From Candidatus Methylomirabilota bacterium (lineage in GTDB: Bacteria; Methylomirabilota; Methylomirabilia; Rokubacteriales; CSP1-6), in contig DATBIM010000156.1 in the NCBI GenBank assembly GCA_036556905.1, forward strand, positions 2,210-66,209: a stretch of DNA of 64,000 nucleotides, given 5' to 3'. Every line of letters begins with the position of its first letter. The first letter of the stretch is position 1. The notes under the pieces are model-generated. The model saw only the letters and a program-made list of their open reading frames with translations. It had not been told where the DNA came from and did not search any database. This document shows, one piece after another, positions 1 to 9,658 of the stretch. Position numbers and translations under genes: made by a program.

Positions 1-444
1 CTGGAGGTGCTGGCCGATGCGCTGGCCTCGGTCGGGGTCCTGATCGCCGCGCTGGTGGTGATCCTCAGCGGCTGGACGCTGGTGGATCCTCTCACCAGCG
101 CGGCGATTGCCGTGTTCATCGTGCCCCGCACCTGGCACCTGCTCGCGCAGGCCGTCAACGTCCTGCTCGAAGGCACCCCGGCCCACCTGCAGCTTGGCGA
201 GATCGCCGCCGCCATGGCGCGAGTGGCCGGGGTGCGGCGCATCCACGACCTGCACGTCTGGACGTTGACCTCGGGGCGCGACGCCATGAGCGCGCACGTG
301 GTGGTGGACGATCTCGCCGAGAGTTCCCGCTTGCTCGACGAGCTGCACGCGCTGCTCCACGTCCGCTTCGGCATCGATCACACCACGATCCAGCTCGAGA
401 AAGCGCCGCCGGCGGTGCTGCAGATCAAGACGCCGAGCCCCTGA
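1..444 (+). CDS. cation diffusion facilitator (CzcD/ZitB-like) metal transporter, C-terminal part; 5' end lies outside the window
   Basis: Reading frame is open from base 1. A TM helix is followed by the cytoplasmic CDF C-terminal domain pattern (…HDLHVWTLTSG…AHVVV…). Confidence 0.75.
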   Translation: MEVLADALASVGVLIAALVVILSGWTLVDPLTSAAIAVFIVPRTWHLLAQAVNVLLEGTPAHLQLGEIAAAMARVAGVRRIHDLHVWTLTSGRDAMSAHVVVDDLAESSRLLDELHALLHVRFGIDHTTIQLEKAPPAVLQIKTPSP

Positions 445-746
445 GGCCGGGCCGCGGCGGCCCCCGCCGAGCGAGCCTCAGCGGTGTCCCGGCGCCCGGC
501 CGAGGGAGCGCCGGGGCAGCCGGTCGGCGATGAACCGACGAAGCCGGCCGCGCCCGGCGGTAGCGACGCCCCCAGCGCAGCGCGAGGAAGCGGTAGCCAC
601 AGGCCTGGCAGCGGAACGGGTAGACATAGCCGAGGCTCAGGAGGCGCTCGGACTCCCGCTCCGCTGGGACCGGCGCACGACGCGTCCCCGGCACTTCGGG
701 CAGCTCAGGTCCTCGCCGCCCTCGGTTCCCTCCGACCGCGGCGAGC

Positions 747-1034
747 TCAGGACTGGACCACGGTGACCACGAGCCCGATCGCGGCCAGGACGTTGCCCAC
801 CCGGACACACTCCGTCTCGGGTCCGATCTTGACGACGGCCTTGCCGCTGTTGTGCACGCGCCAGGCGATGTCCCAGCCTTCCGCCTCGGTGCAGCCGATG
901 GCCTTTTGCAGTTGCTTGACCACCTGTTCGAACGTGTGACAGTTGCAGTTGTGAAGGATCGTCATCCAGGGTGGCGCCGCCGCCCCCTCGACGGTTTCCT
1001 CGACGTCCTCGGCCGGGAGTGTGTGCTCGGCCAT
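747..1034 (-). CDS. clpS: ATP-dependent Clp protease adaptor ClpS
   Basis: Motifs …WMTILHNCNCHTFEQVV…VHNSGKAVV… match the ClpS core. Start taken at the second Met (1034), giving ~95 aa typical of ClpS and leaving promoter space to the divergent neighbour. Confidence 0.7.
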   Translation of the reverse strand: MAEHTLPAEDVEETVEGAAAPPWMTILHNCNCHTFEQVVKQLQKAIGCTEAEGWDIAWRVHNSGKAVVKIGPETECVRVGNVLAAIGLVVTVVQS

Positions 1035-1091
1035 GGTCGTGCGACCCCCTGACCTCGCGAACGAGGCCATTTGCTTCCTGGGGAGTTTACA

Positions 1092-2726
1092 ATGGATGCG
1101 ATGTCGCTGGACGAGCCAGTCCTACAGTTGCAGCAACTGGTCGATCGTCTGGCTCGGCGCTTGCGGCTCGGTTCTGCGCCCGAGGCCGGTCCTCGCCGGC
1201 GCTTCCTCATCGTGCAGATCGACGGGTTGTCCCGATCCGTGCTCGAGCAGGCCCTGGCCGAGGGCCGCATGCCCTTCCTGAGAAGGCTGCTGGAACGCCA
1301 CCGTCACCGGCTCCGTCCCATGTGCGTGGGGCTGCCCAGCTCTACGCCGGCGTTTCAGATGGCCCTGATGTACGGCGTGAGGCCTGATATCCCCGGCTTT
1401 CACTACCACGACAAGCGCCAGCGGAGAGACATCTACTTTCCCCGCGGCGGCGACGCCGCGATGGTCGAGGCCACCCATGCCCGCGGCCGACTGGGCATCC
1501 TGGCCGGTGGCAGCGCCTATGGCTGCGTCTTCACGGGTGGCGCCGTCAACAATCTGTTCAGCTTTGCCATGATGAAGCGACCCAGCGGCGCCGGCCTCCT
1601 GCGGGCGGTCTCGGCCTTCGTCGTCCTCATCTGGGTGGTCATCAAGTGTCTGGCCCTGACCATTGTGGAGATCGTGCGGGCGCTGCTGCGCCTGGTGGCC
1701 GACCCCGTGGGGGAGGGCGCGCGAGGCTGGAAGTGGCTCGGTCTGAAGATCACGATGTCCGTCTGGTTACGGGAGCTCTTCACGCTGGTGACCTCGCGGG
1801 ACCTCTACGCCGGTGTCCCGGCCATCTACGTCAACTACCTGGACTACGACGTGTTCGCCCACTCCTTCGGGCCGCGGCACCGGCGGTCGCTGCACGCGCT
1901 CCGGCGGGTGGACCGCTCGATCCATCAGCTGTGGCGGGTGGCTCGCCGCGTCCCCGGGCATCGCTACGACCTGTACGTGCTCTCCGACCATGGGCAGACC
2001 CCCTCGGTGCCCTACCAGAAGATCTCCGGGGGTCGCCCCTTCGAGCGGGTGTTCTTCGAGGATCTCCTGCCTGCCGGCGTCGTGGAGATCAGCCCGGCCC
2101 ATCCCGACCACCGCCGCCTGGCCAGCGGCATCAAGGCCTTGCGGCAGGGGCGGGCGCCCGGAATGTTCCAACGGTTCGTGAACTACCTCGAGAAGGATTT
2201 TCCCTGGATGCTGAGGCAGACTCCCGAAGTGCGCGAGCAAGCGGGCGTGCGCGTCATCGCCGCCGGTCCCAACGCCTTCGTCTACTTTCTCGACGACGAT
2301 CAGCCGCTCGGCCTGGAGCAGATCGAGCAGCGGTTCCCGGGGCTGGCCGACGAGCTGTCCCGCGGCCGCGGCATCGGGTTCGTGCTGGCCCGGTCGTCGG
2401 CGGGCCCAGTCTGCCTGTGGCGGGGCAAGCGCTACGTCGTGGCCGACGAGGCCACGGGTCCCCTCCTCGGCCGGGAGGACGGAGCTCTCGTGACCCAGGG
2501 GATCCGGGACCTGATGGCCATGCCCAGCGCCGGTGACCTCGTGATCTACGGCAACGACTCGCCCGACGGGACCATCTCCTACGTGCCGGAGGTGGGGGCC
2601 CATGCCGGGCCATCCGCTGACGAGCTCCACACCTTCATCGTCAGTCCGCCCGACCGGTCGCCGTCGCTGCCCATCACGCATCCCCGAGAGCTCTACTCCC
2701 ACTTCGTGATGTACCGCGAGGGCTGA
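1092..2726 (+). CDS. alkaline-phosphatase superfamily protein (type I phosphodiesterase / nucleotide pyrophosphatase-like) with one TM segment
   Basis: FLIVQIDGLS metal-ligand motif near the N-terminus and YVLSDHGQT motif later. Start uncertain (ATGs at 1071, 1092, 1101). Confidence 0.55.
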   Translation: MDAMSLDEPVLQLQQLVDRLARRLRLGSAPEAGPRRRFLIVQIDGLSRSVLEQALAEGRMPFLRRLLERHRHRLRPMCVGLPSSTPAFQMALMYGVRPDIPGFHYHDKRQRRDIYFPRGGDAAMVEATHARGRLGILAGGSAYGCVFTGGAVNNLFSFAMMKRPSGAGLLRAVSAFVVLIWVVIKCLALTIVEIVRALLRLVADPVGEGARGWKWLGLKITMSVWLRELFTLVTSRDLYAGVPAIYVNYLDYDVFAHSFGPRHRRSLHALRRVDRSIHQLWRVARRVPGHRYDLYVLSDHGQTPSVPYQKISGGRPFERVFFEDLLPAGVVEISPAHPDHRRLASGIKALRQGRAPGMFQRFVNYLEKDFPWMLRQTPEVREQAGVRVIAAGPNAFVYFLDDDQPLGLEQIEQRFPGLADELSRGRGIGFVLARSSAGPVCLWRGKRYVVADEATGPLLGREDGALVTQGIRDLMAMPSAGDLVIYGNDSPDGTISYVPEVGAHAGPSADELHTFIVSPPDRSPSLPITHPRELYSHFVMYREG

Positions 2727-2729
2727 CGC

Positions 2730-3488
2730 GTGCAACTCGTCGTGGCCAGCTACAACATTCACCGCGGCGTCGGACTCGATCGCCGCCTGGACATCGATCG
2801 CATCGCCGACGTCATCCACGAGATCTCGCCGGATCTGATCGGCCTGCAGGAGGTCATCCGGCAGCCCGGGATGGGCTGGGCCGACCAGGCCGCCCATCTG
2901 GCCGAGCGCCTGGGGCTGACGCTGGTGATGGGAGTGACGCGACCGTACGAGGACGGGACCTTCGGCAACGCGGTCCTCACCCGGCTGCCGGTGCTCGGGT
3001 GGGCCGGCTGCGATTTGTCGTGCAACGCGCGGGAGCCCCGGGCCTGCCTGCGCGTGGACCTGGGCGCCAACGGTCGCACGCTCCACGTCTTCAACTGCCA
3101 CTTCGGCCTGAGCCTGCGCGAGCGCCGAGATCAACTCACGCTCCTGGCCGACTTCATCCGAGCTTCCTCCCGGCTGGAGGGGCCGCGCATCCTGCTGGGC
3201 GACTTCAACGAGTGGCACCGGGGGCCGGTGACCCGGGGCCTGCGCCGCGAGTTCTCCTCGCCCATGCGGCGGATGCGGCGAACCCATCCGGCGTTCTTTC
3301 CGCTCTTCAGGCTCGACCGGATCTACTGGGACGTGGAGCTCGAGGGGGAAACGTTCCAGGTGCATCGCAGCCGCCGGGCCCGGGTGGCTTCCGACCATCT
3401 GCCGGTGGTGGCGCGGCTGAGGGTTCGACCGAAGCCCTACACGGAGTATGGATACGTCGGACCCGAGGAGCTTCCGCCCCCGGAGTAA
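2730..3488 (+). CDS. endonuclease/exonuclease/phosphatase (EEP) family protein
   Basis: ASYNIH…DLIGLQEV…LGDFNE…SDHLPVV motifs. GTG start 4 nt after the upstream stop. Confidence 0.65.
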   Translation: MQLVVASYNIHRGVGLDRRLDIDRIADVIHEISPDLIGLQEVIRQPGMGWADQAAHLAERLGLTLVMGVTRPYEDGTFGNAVLTRLPVLGWAGCDLSCNAREPRACLRVDLGANGRTLHVFNCHFGLSLRERRDQLTLLADFIRASSRLEGPRILLGDFNEWHRGPVTRGLRREFSSPMRRMRRTHPAFFPLFRLDRIYWDVELEGETFQVHRSRRARVASDHLPVVARLRVRPKPYTEYGYVGPEELPPPE

Positions 3489-3490
3489 AT

Positions 3491-4702
3491 CTAGCCGCGG
3501 GTGGCGCCGATCGCCGCGACGTAGAAGCCGGGGAACTCGTCGCGGATGTGGATGAGGTCGGGCAGGAGCCGCACGTCCACGAAGCCGCTCGCCTCGATGG
3601 CCCCCGTCCACTGCTCCGGCGTGAGGAACCCGCCGTTCGGGCGGTGGGGCGGGCGGAGCCGGGAAGTCCGAAATGTCTCCATGAGATTGAACACGAACTC
3701 GGGGTAGATCGGCTGCCCGGCGCGTGGCCGCACGCACTCCGAGACGATGAGACGTCCGCCGGGTGCGAGCGCATCCCGGACCTCGGACAGAGTCGCCTCG
3801 AGGTCGTGGGCGACGTGCAGAGTGTTCACGGCGTACACGGCGATGAGGCTCCCGGGCGCCACGCCCTGCCCGGCCAGGGGCTGGTCCATATCGAGCCGAC
3901 CAAACGTCAGAAACGCGGCGTCCGGGAATCGGGACTGTAGCGCGCGCTGGCCACGCCGGAGGAAATGCGGCACCGGCTCGGTGAAGCGATACTCGCGGAT
4001 CTCGTTCAGGCGGCTGGCGCCTTGCAGCCGCTCGAGGAGCGCAATGGTGCCGCTGGCGAGGCCCCCGCCGAGCTCGAGGATCGCTCCGCCGCCCGCCGGC
4101 AGCCACGCTTCCACCGCCACGGCGCCGACGCGGTTGTTGATGGCGTAGAGGCCGTTGTCGTTCGAGAAATACGCCAGCCAGAGGGGGAATCGGGCGGGTG
4201 AGAACAGGATCTCCTCGCCGCTACGCTCGCCGCGCAGGAAGAGGGGATAATCGCGGGCGACGGCCTCGGCCAGGACGTAGGAGGGGAGCCACGAGGCGTC
4301 GTGGGCCCGCTGCTCCCGGCTCACCTCGGCGGGATCGAGATCGGGCAGGGCTTGCCGGAGCTGAAACCGTTCCTGGCCGTCGACGACCTTCGACTCGACG
4401 AGCCCTCGGGCGGCGAGGTGCCGGAGTAGCCAGTCCACGGCTGTCAGGGACCCTCCCGTAGTGAAGCCGGCCCGGGCGGCGATCTCGGATGCGCCGCCGG
4501 ACTCTCCGGCCGCCTGCGCCAGACCGGCGTTGCGCGCGACCTGGATCGTCAGCCGGTGGACGTATTCCTCGTAGAGGCTCGCCGAGCGGCAGAAGGAAGC
4601 GTCGAACAGTGGCACCAGCTCGGCGGGCAGGACGCGGCCGAGCGCGGTAGCCGTGCCAGCGGCGTCCGCCGCACTGCTCAGAGCCCGATCCACCATGCTC
4701 AT
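3491..4702 (-). CDS. class I SAM-dependent O-methyltransferase-like protein with an N-terminal dimerisation-like domain
   Basis: Motif I ILELGGGLASGT. Start placed at the Met at 4702. The upstream 108 codons of the long ORF are low-complexity and overlap the next gene. Confidence 0.55.
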   Translation of the reverse strand: MSMVDRALSSAADAAGTATALGRVLPAELVPLFDASFCRSASLYEEYVHRLTIQVARNAGLAQAAGESGGASEIAARAGFTTGGSLTAVDWLLRHLAARGLVESKVVDGQERFQLRQALPDLDPAEVSREQRAHDASWLPSYVLAEAVARDYPLFLRGERSGEEILFSPARFPLWLAYFSNDNGLYAINNRVGAVAVEAWLPAGGGAILELGGGLASGTIALLERLQGASRLNEIREYRFTEPVPHFLRRGQRALQSRFPDAAFLTFGRLDMDQPLAGQGVAPGSLIAVYAVNTLHVAHDLEATLSEVRDALAPGGRLIVSECVRPRAGQPIYPEFVFNLMETFRTSRLRPPHRPNGGFLTPEQWTGAIEASGFVDVRLLPDLIHIRDEFPGFYVAAIGATRG

Positions 4703-4706
4703 GGGT

Positions 4707-5618
4707 CTATTCACCGAACGGGTTCCACATATTGAAGAAATTGAACCAATGAGTCGGATGCTCACGGACGACCTCCTCGAGGTGAGCCACCCAACCGACC
4801 AGGGCATCGCGCTCGTCACCCGGGCGGATGCGGAGGGGCTCCGGCACGATGACGTGGTATCGATAATCGTCGCCGAGGATGCAAAAGGCCGGCGCGACGG
4901 GCACCCCGACGGCGGCGGCGAGCAGGAAGGGGCCCAGGGGAAAGGGGGCGGGCTGCCCGAAGAACGGCACGAGCGCATCGCCCCGAGTGCCGAGCGCCCG
5001 GTCGCCTTGCAGGGCCACGACCTCACCGCGGCGGAGGGCGGCCACCAGCGTCAGCGAGACCGTCGGTCGGGAGCGGGTGACGAAGTGAACGCCGTCGCCA
5101 TTGCGCCGCAGCCAGCGCTCCAGCTCCTGGCCTTCCTCCGGGGCCACCACTACGTGGGTGGCTCGCGCGGCGCGGCGCGCCAGCAGTCGACCGGCGAGCT
5201 CCCAGTTGCCCACGTGCGCGGTCAGCGAGATCAACCCGCCGCTGAGGGCGACGACGCGGTCGGCCCCGCTCACCGAGCCCACCAGCGCCGCCAGCCGGTC
5301 CGGGGGCTGGCGATTTGTGGAGACGAGGTCGCTGAAGCACATGGCGAACTCGCGAAAGACCCCGCGCGTAAGCGTGTCGAGCCGGGGCCCGGTCGCCCCC
5401 GTCACTCTGCCCAGCGTGGCGCGCACCACGCCCCGCTCGACGACGAGCAGTCGCGAGGCGAGCGAGCCCAGCCCCCGGGCCAGACGCAGGCGCAGGGGGC
5501 GTGGCAGGCGGCCCAGCGCCGCCGCCAGGCGGTACAGCTCGGCGCGATTGTACGGATGCGAGTACCAGCGGGGCCCCGCGGCGGTGGCAGCCGCCCGCTC
5601 ACCGGGAGGGGCAATCAC
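4707..5618 (-). CDS. lysophospholipid/lipid A acyltransferase (LpxL/HtrB family)
   Basis: HVGNWE acyltransferase motif. Size and layout fit the LPLAT family. Confidence 0.6.
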   Translation of the reverse strand: MIAPPGERAAATAAGPRWYSHPYNRAELYRLAAALGRLPRPLRLRLARGLGSLASRLLVVERGVVRATLGRVTGATGPRLDTLTRGVFREFAMCFSDLVSTNRQPPDRLAALVGSVSGADRVVALSGGLISLTAHVGNWELAGRLLARRAARATHVVVAPEEGQELERWLRRNGDGVHFVTRSRPTVSLTLVAALRRGEVVALQGDRALGTRGDALVPFFGQPAPFPLGPFLLAAAVGVPVAPAFCILGDDYRYHVIVPEPLRIRPGDERDALVGWVAHLEEVVREHPTHWFNFFNMWNPFGE

Positions 5619-6370
5619 GGTCCTCCGACACCCCCCGCAGGCAGCCGCTTGCGGCCGACGTATTCGCTGAGCAGTCCGAAGCGGACGGTCGTGTTCACGA
5701 CCTGGAATCCGGCATCGGCCATCGCCGTGACGATCGTGTCGGCGGGCACCAGATGCTCGACGGTGTCCCAGCAGTACCGCATGAGGGTCTGCGCTTCGCG
5801 GCGGTTGGACAGCAGGCGGGCGACCAGGGGCCCCAGGTGGTTCACGTGAAACCGCCCCAATCCGCGGCCGAGCCGGGAACGGGGACGGGCGAAGTCCAGA
5901 ATCAGCAGGGTGCCGCCGGGCCGCAGGACCCGGAAGTATTCGCCGAAGGTGTGCTTGAGATCGGAGACGTGGCGCAGCGCATAGCCCATGCTGACGAAGT
6001 CGAACTCGCCCTCCCGGAACGGCAGCTGTTCGGCGATGCCCTGGACCAGGGGGATCCGCAGCTTCCGTCTCGCCTCGGCCAGCATCCCGGAGCTGGGGTC
6101 GAGGCCGACCACGCGACCCGACGGGCCCACGATGCTGGCCGCCGCGCCGGCCACGGCCCCGGTCCCCACGGCGACGTCGAGCAGGCGGGCTCCCGCGCGG
6201 AGCCCGGTGCGGTGCAGGATCCAGCGCCGGTACCAGACGCCCCAGCCGAAGGCCATGATTCCGTTGATGCGGTCGTAGTGCTTCGCGGTTCCGTCGAACA
6301 TCACGGTGAGGAACCGGCGGCGCTGGGCCTCGTCTTCGTAGTAGCCGGGCAGGATAGGATGGGGCTTCAT
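5615..6370 (-). CDS. class I SAM-dependent methyltransferase (UbiE/MenG/COQ5-like)
   Basis: LDVAVGTG motif I and …LRPGGTLLILDF… post-motif. Overlaps the downstream gene by 4 nt. Confidence 0.6.
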   Translation of the reverse strand: MKPHPILPGYYEDEAQRRRFLTVMFDGTAKHYDRINGIMAFGWGVWYRRWILHRTGLRAGARLLDVAVGTGAVAGAAASIVGPSGRVVGLDPSSGMLAEARRKLRIPLVQGIAEQLPFREGEFDFVSMGYALRHVSDLKHTFGEYFRVLRPGGTLLILDFARPRSRLGRGLGRFHVNHLGPLVARLLSNRREAQTLMRYCWDTVEHLVPADTIVTAMADAGFQVVNTTVRFGLLSEYVGRKRLPAGGVGGP

Positions 6371-6382
6371 TCGGGGAGCGGC

Positions 6383-7615
6383 TCAGTCCTTCCCGATCGC
6401 CCCGGCCAGGTCGAGGACGGCGCCCAACAGCGTGTTGGCGCCGTGCTCGATGTCGTCCATCGGCGTGAACTCCTCCTCACAGTGGCTGCGGCCGTCGCGG
6501 GAGGGCACGAAGATCATTCCGGCCGGCCCGATGGTGGCCATGTACTGGGCGTCGTGGCCGGCGCCGGAACGGATCCGCCGGTAGCGGGCGCCGGCGGCCC
6601 TGGCCGCCCGCTCCACCGCATCGACCACGCCGGGGTCGAACGGCGTATAGGGCACTCGCCAGTAGTGCTCGAGCTCCCCGCGCACGCCTTCACGGTCGCA
6701 GGCGTCCTGCACCACGCGCTCGAGCATGGGCCGCGCGCGGTCCAGCGTGGCGTCACGGGGATCGCGAATGTCGATCGAGAGCACCACGCGCCCGGGGATG
6801 GCGTTGACGATGTTGGGTTGCACGACGAGGTTGCCCACGGTCGTCACGGTGTCGCCGCCCAGCTCTCGGGCGATGCGGCGGACGCCACCGATCACCTCCG
6901 CGGCGGCCACCAGGGCGTCGTGACGAATCCGCATCGGCGTGGGTCCGGCGTGGTCCTGGACACCGTGGATCGTCAGGCGCGACCACGAGATGGCCACGAT
7001 GCCTTCCACCACTCCCACCGAGAGGCCCTCCTCCTCGAGCAACGGGCCCTGTTCGATGTGGAGCTCGAGATAGGCTCGCAACGGCCGGGCCACGCAGGGC
7101 TCCGATCCCAGGTAGCCGATCCGCTCCAGCTCGTCCACGAGGCGGAGGCCGTCCTTGTCCCGCGCGTTATAGGCGTCCTCCAGCGGGATCTTGCCCGCCA
7201 TCACGCCGCTGGCGATCATGGCCGGCTGGAAGCGCGCGCCCTCCTCGTTGGTGAAAATGCTCAGCATGAGCGGATGGCGCGTCCGCACGCCGTGGTCGTC
7301 GAGGGCCCGGATCACCTCCAGCCCGCACAGCACGCCCAGCTGGCCGTCGTACTTGCCGCCGGTGGGCACGGAGTCCACGTGCGAGCCCACCATCACGGCC
7401 GGCAGGGCGTCGGTGCCGGGACGCTCGCCGAAGATGTTGCCCATCTGGTCGACGCGGACGCGCAGCCGGGCCTCCCGCATCCAGGTGACCATCTGGTCGC
7501 GGGCCCGCTTGTCATCGTCGCTGAGCGCCAGACGGCTGAGACCACCGCGGGGGGTCTCGCCGATCCGCCCCAACGCTTGAAAGGATTGCTCAAGGCGGCT
7601 CCGATCGATCTTCAT
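6383..7615 (-). CDS. M20 family Zn-dependent amidohydrolase (N-carbamoyl-amino-acid / allantoate amidohydrolase type)
   Basis: GSHVDSVPTGGKYDG…, …NEEGARF…, GAGHDA motifs. Confidence 0.65.
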   Translation of the reverse strand: MKIDRSRLEQSFQALGRIGETPRGGLSRLALSDDDKRARDQMVTWMREARLRVRVDQMGNIFGERPGTDALPAVMVGSHVDSVPTGGKYDGQLGVLCGLEVIRALDDHGVRTRHPLMLSIFTNEEGARFQPAMIASGVMAGKIPLEDAYNARDKDGLRLVDELERIGYLGSEPCVARPLRAYLELHIEQGPLLEEEGLSVGVVEGIVAISWSRLTIHGVQDHAGPTPMRIRHDALVAAAEVIGGVRRIARELGGDTVTTVGNLVVQPNIVNAIPGRVVLSIDIRDPRDATLDRARPMLERVVQDACDREGVRGELEHYWRVPYTPFDPGVVDAVERAARAAGARYRRIRSGAGHDAQYMATIGPAGMIFVPSRDGRSHCEEEFTPMDDIEHGANTLLGAVLDLAGAIGKD

Positions 7616-7624
7616 CAGACAGTC

Positions 7625-8239
7625 CTATAGCGCAACCGGGCCCCGGCGTCCAGAATGGCCCTTGGGCACCACGAGGTCACCGAAGCGCTCGGTCAGGTGC
7701 TGGTCGTGCTCGCGGGCGGTCAGGGCCGCGGCGATCGCATCGCGCTCGTCCTGGTCGAGGCGGACGGGCACGCCGGTCAGGGGCAGGCGCCGCAGCGCGG
7801 CCCGGGACCAGGCCGTTCGCGGTGCCCAGCGCCGGGGGCCGTACCAGCGCGTCCAGGAGGCGGTGGGGAAGCACTCGATCGCCGTCAGCCCCGCCGCCCC
7901 CAGGCCGCGATACAGGGCGAAGCCGTTGAGGATCCACTCGTAGTACCGGCTCGACCTCAAGGCCAGCCGGTCCGGCGTGAAGCGCAGTCCGCAAATCCTG
8001 GCGCGGGCGAACTCCCGCTCGCAGGGACGCGACCGTTCGCCATCGGGGGCCGGACGCAGCGGACTATCGACGGCGACGAGGCGTGGCTGCCACGATGCCA
8101 ACAGACGCACCGCCTCGGCCGCGCGGCGGCAGCGCTCGGGCCCGCCGACCAGGCCGCGCGAGTCGATCACCGCCACGTGAAAGCCCTTGGCGGCTGCCCC
8201 CACGTCCACGCCGGCCCACCGTCGCCGGCCCGTGGTCAT
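7625..8239 (-). CDS. DUF429-like protein (predicted RNase-H-fold nuclease)
   Basis: N-terminal WAGVDVGAAAKGFHVAV pattern resembles DUF429. Weak call. Confidence 0.35.
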   Translation of the reverse strand: MTTGRRRWAGVDVGAAAKGFHVAVIDSRGLVGGPERCRRAAEAVRLLASWQPRLVAVDSPLRPAPDGERSRPCEREFARARICGLRFTPDRLALRSSRYYEWILNGFALYRGLGAAGLTAIECFPTASWTRWYGPRRWAPRTAWSRAALRRLPLTGVPVRLDQDERDAIAAALTAREHDQHLTERFGDLVVPKGHSGRRGPVAL

Positions 8240-8946
8240 AGCCCCAGGTACGCCCGCTTGAGGCGCTCGTCACCGAGCAGGTCCCGGGCCGGGCCATCGA
8301 GCACCAGGCGTCCGCTCTCCAGCACGCAGGCACGGTGGGCGACGGTGAGAGCCTGGCGCACATTCTGTTCTACCAGGAGCACGGTCACCCCGTCGGCGTT
8401 GATCGTGCGGACCGTCTCGAAGATCTGCCGGACCAGCAGGGGCGCCAGGCCGAGCGTCGGCTCGTCGAGCATGAGGAGGCGGGGTCGGGCCATCAGGGCC
8501 CGGCCGATGGCGCACATCTGCTGCTCGCCACCGGAGAGTGAGCCGGCCAGTTGATCACGCCGCTCGGCCAGGATGGGGAACAGGCCGAAGACATACTCCA
8601 GCGCGCGGCCGCGCTCGGCCCGGGCCCGTTCCGGGTGAGCACCGAGCAGGAGATTCTCCATCACTGTCATGAAGGGGAACAGCCGGCGGCCTTCCGGGAC
8701 CTGCACGATACCGAGGTCGACCCGGCGATGAGCGGCCACCTGGGCCAGATCGTCCCCGGCGAAGAGCACGCGGCCTCGCTGGGGGGACAGCAGCCCCGAG
8801 ATCACCCGGATCGTGGTCGTCTTGCCGGCCGCGTTGGCACCTACCAGCGCGACGATCTCCCGATCGCGCACTTCCAGCGACACGCCGAAGAGGGCCTGCA
8901 GGTCATCGTAGAACGCGTCGATGGCGTCAAGCTTGAGCAAGCACAA
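8236..8946 (-). CDS. livF: branched-chain amino acid ABC transporter ATP-binding protein LivF
   Basis: Walker A GANAAGKTT, signature LSGGEQQM, Walker B LLMLDEP. Last gene of the livJHMGF run. Confidence 0.8.
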   Translation of the reverse strand: MCLLKLDAIDAFYDDLQALFGVSLEVRDREIVALVGANAAGKTTTIRVISGLLSPQRGRVLFAGDDLAQVAAHRRVDLGIVQVPEGRRLFPFMTVMENLLLGAHPERARAERGRALEYVFGLFPILAERRDQLAGSLSGGEQQMCAIGRALMARPRLLMLDEPTLGLAPLLVRQIFETVRTINADGVTVLLVEQNVRQALTVAHRACVLESGRLVLDGPARDLLGDERLKRAYLGL

Positions 8947-9652
8947 ACTCCTCGCCGAGATAGGCGTCGATCACCCGGCGGTCGCTGGCCACCTGCGCCG
9001 GCGGCCCTTCGGCGATCAGCTCGCCATGGTGCAGCACGGCGATGCGGTGGGCCAGGCGCATCATGGCCGCCATGATGTGCTCGATGACGACCAGGGTGAG
9101 CCCCTCGGCGTGGAGGTTCCGAATGAGATCGACCATGGCCGCGAGCTCCACCGGGTTGAGGCCGGCCATCACTTCGTCCAGGAGGAGCAGGCGGGGCCGG
9201 GTGGCCAGGGCCCGGGCCACCTCCAGCCGCTTGCGCAGCCCGATGGGCAGCGCCCTGGCCCGGGCCGGCGCATAGGCGGCGAGGCCGCAGGTCTCGACGA
9301 CCCGCTCGGCGTCGGCCCGGGCAGCCCGCAGGCTGGTCACCTTGGTGAGGGAGCCGATCATCACGTTGTCGAGGACGGACAGGTTGCCGAACGGCTTGAC
9401 GATCTGGAACGTGCGAGTCAGTCCGTTCTGGCAGATGGCGTGGGGGGGCAGGCCCGTGATGTCATGCTCGTCGAACATGACGCGCCCGGCCTCAGGCCGA
9501 TAGTAGCCGGCGATGACGTTGAAGAGCGTCGTCTTGCCGGCCCCGTTGGGCCCGATGATGCCGAGGAGATCGCCGGCATTCACATTCAGCGTCACCTCCC
9601 GCACGGCGGTCAGGCCCCCGAAGCGCTTGGTAACGGCCTCCAGGCGCAGCAT
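8927..9652 (-). CDS. livG: branched-chain amino acid ABC transporter ATP-binding protein LivG
   Basis: GPNGAGKTT, LLLLDE motifs; LivG-type C-terminus. Confidence 0.8.
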   Translation of the reverse strand: MLRLEAVTKRFGGLTAVREVTLNVNAGDLLGIIGPNGAGKTTLFNVIAGYYRPEAGRVMFDEHDITGLPPHAICQNGLTRTFQIVKPFGNLSVLDNVMIGSLTKVTSLRAARADAERVVETCGLAAYAPARARALPIGLRKRLEVARALATRPRLLLLDEVMAGLNPVELAAMVDLIRNLHAEGLTLVVIEHIMAAMMRLAHRIAVLHHGELIAEGPPAQVASDRRVIDAYLGEEFVLAQA

Positions 9653-9658
9653 GACGGG

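Noticed and set aside
425-808. Minus-strand ORF with a 'FRCQACGYRF' pseudo-zinc-ribbon downstream of clpS
   Set aside because: Overlaps the clpS 3' end in another frame. No RBS or start context and Arg/Pro-rich. Probably not a gene; clpA is absent here.
1767-4106. 779-aa minus-strand ORF spanning three plus-strand genes
   Set aside because: Low-complexity Arg/Pro/Gly-rich translation with no recognisable domains. It is a typical antisense stop-codon-free frame in about 70% GC DNA opposite real genes.
5501-7630. 709-aa plus-strand ORF over the UbiE-like and M20 genes
   Set aside because: Antisense artefact; the minus-strand products have clear family motifs.
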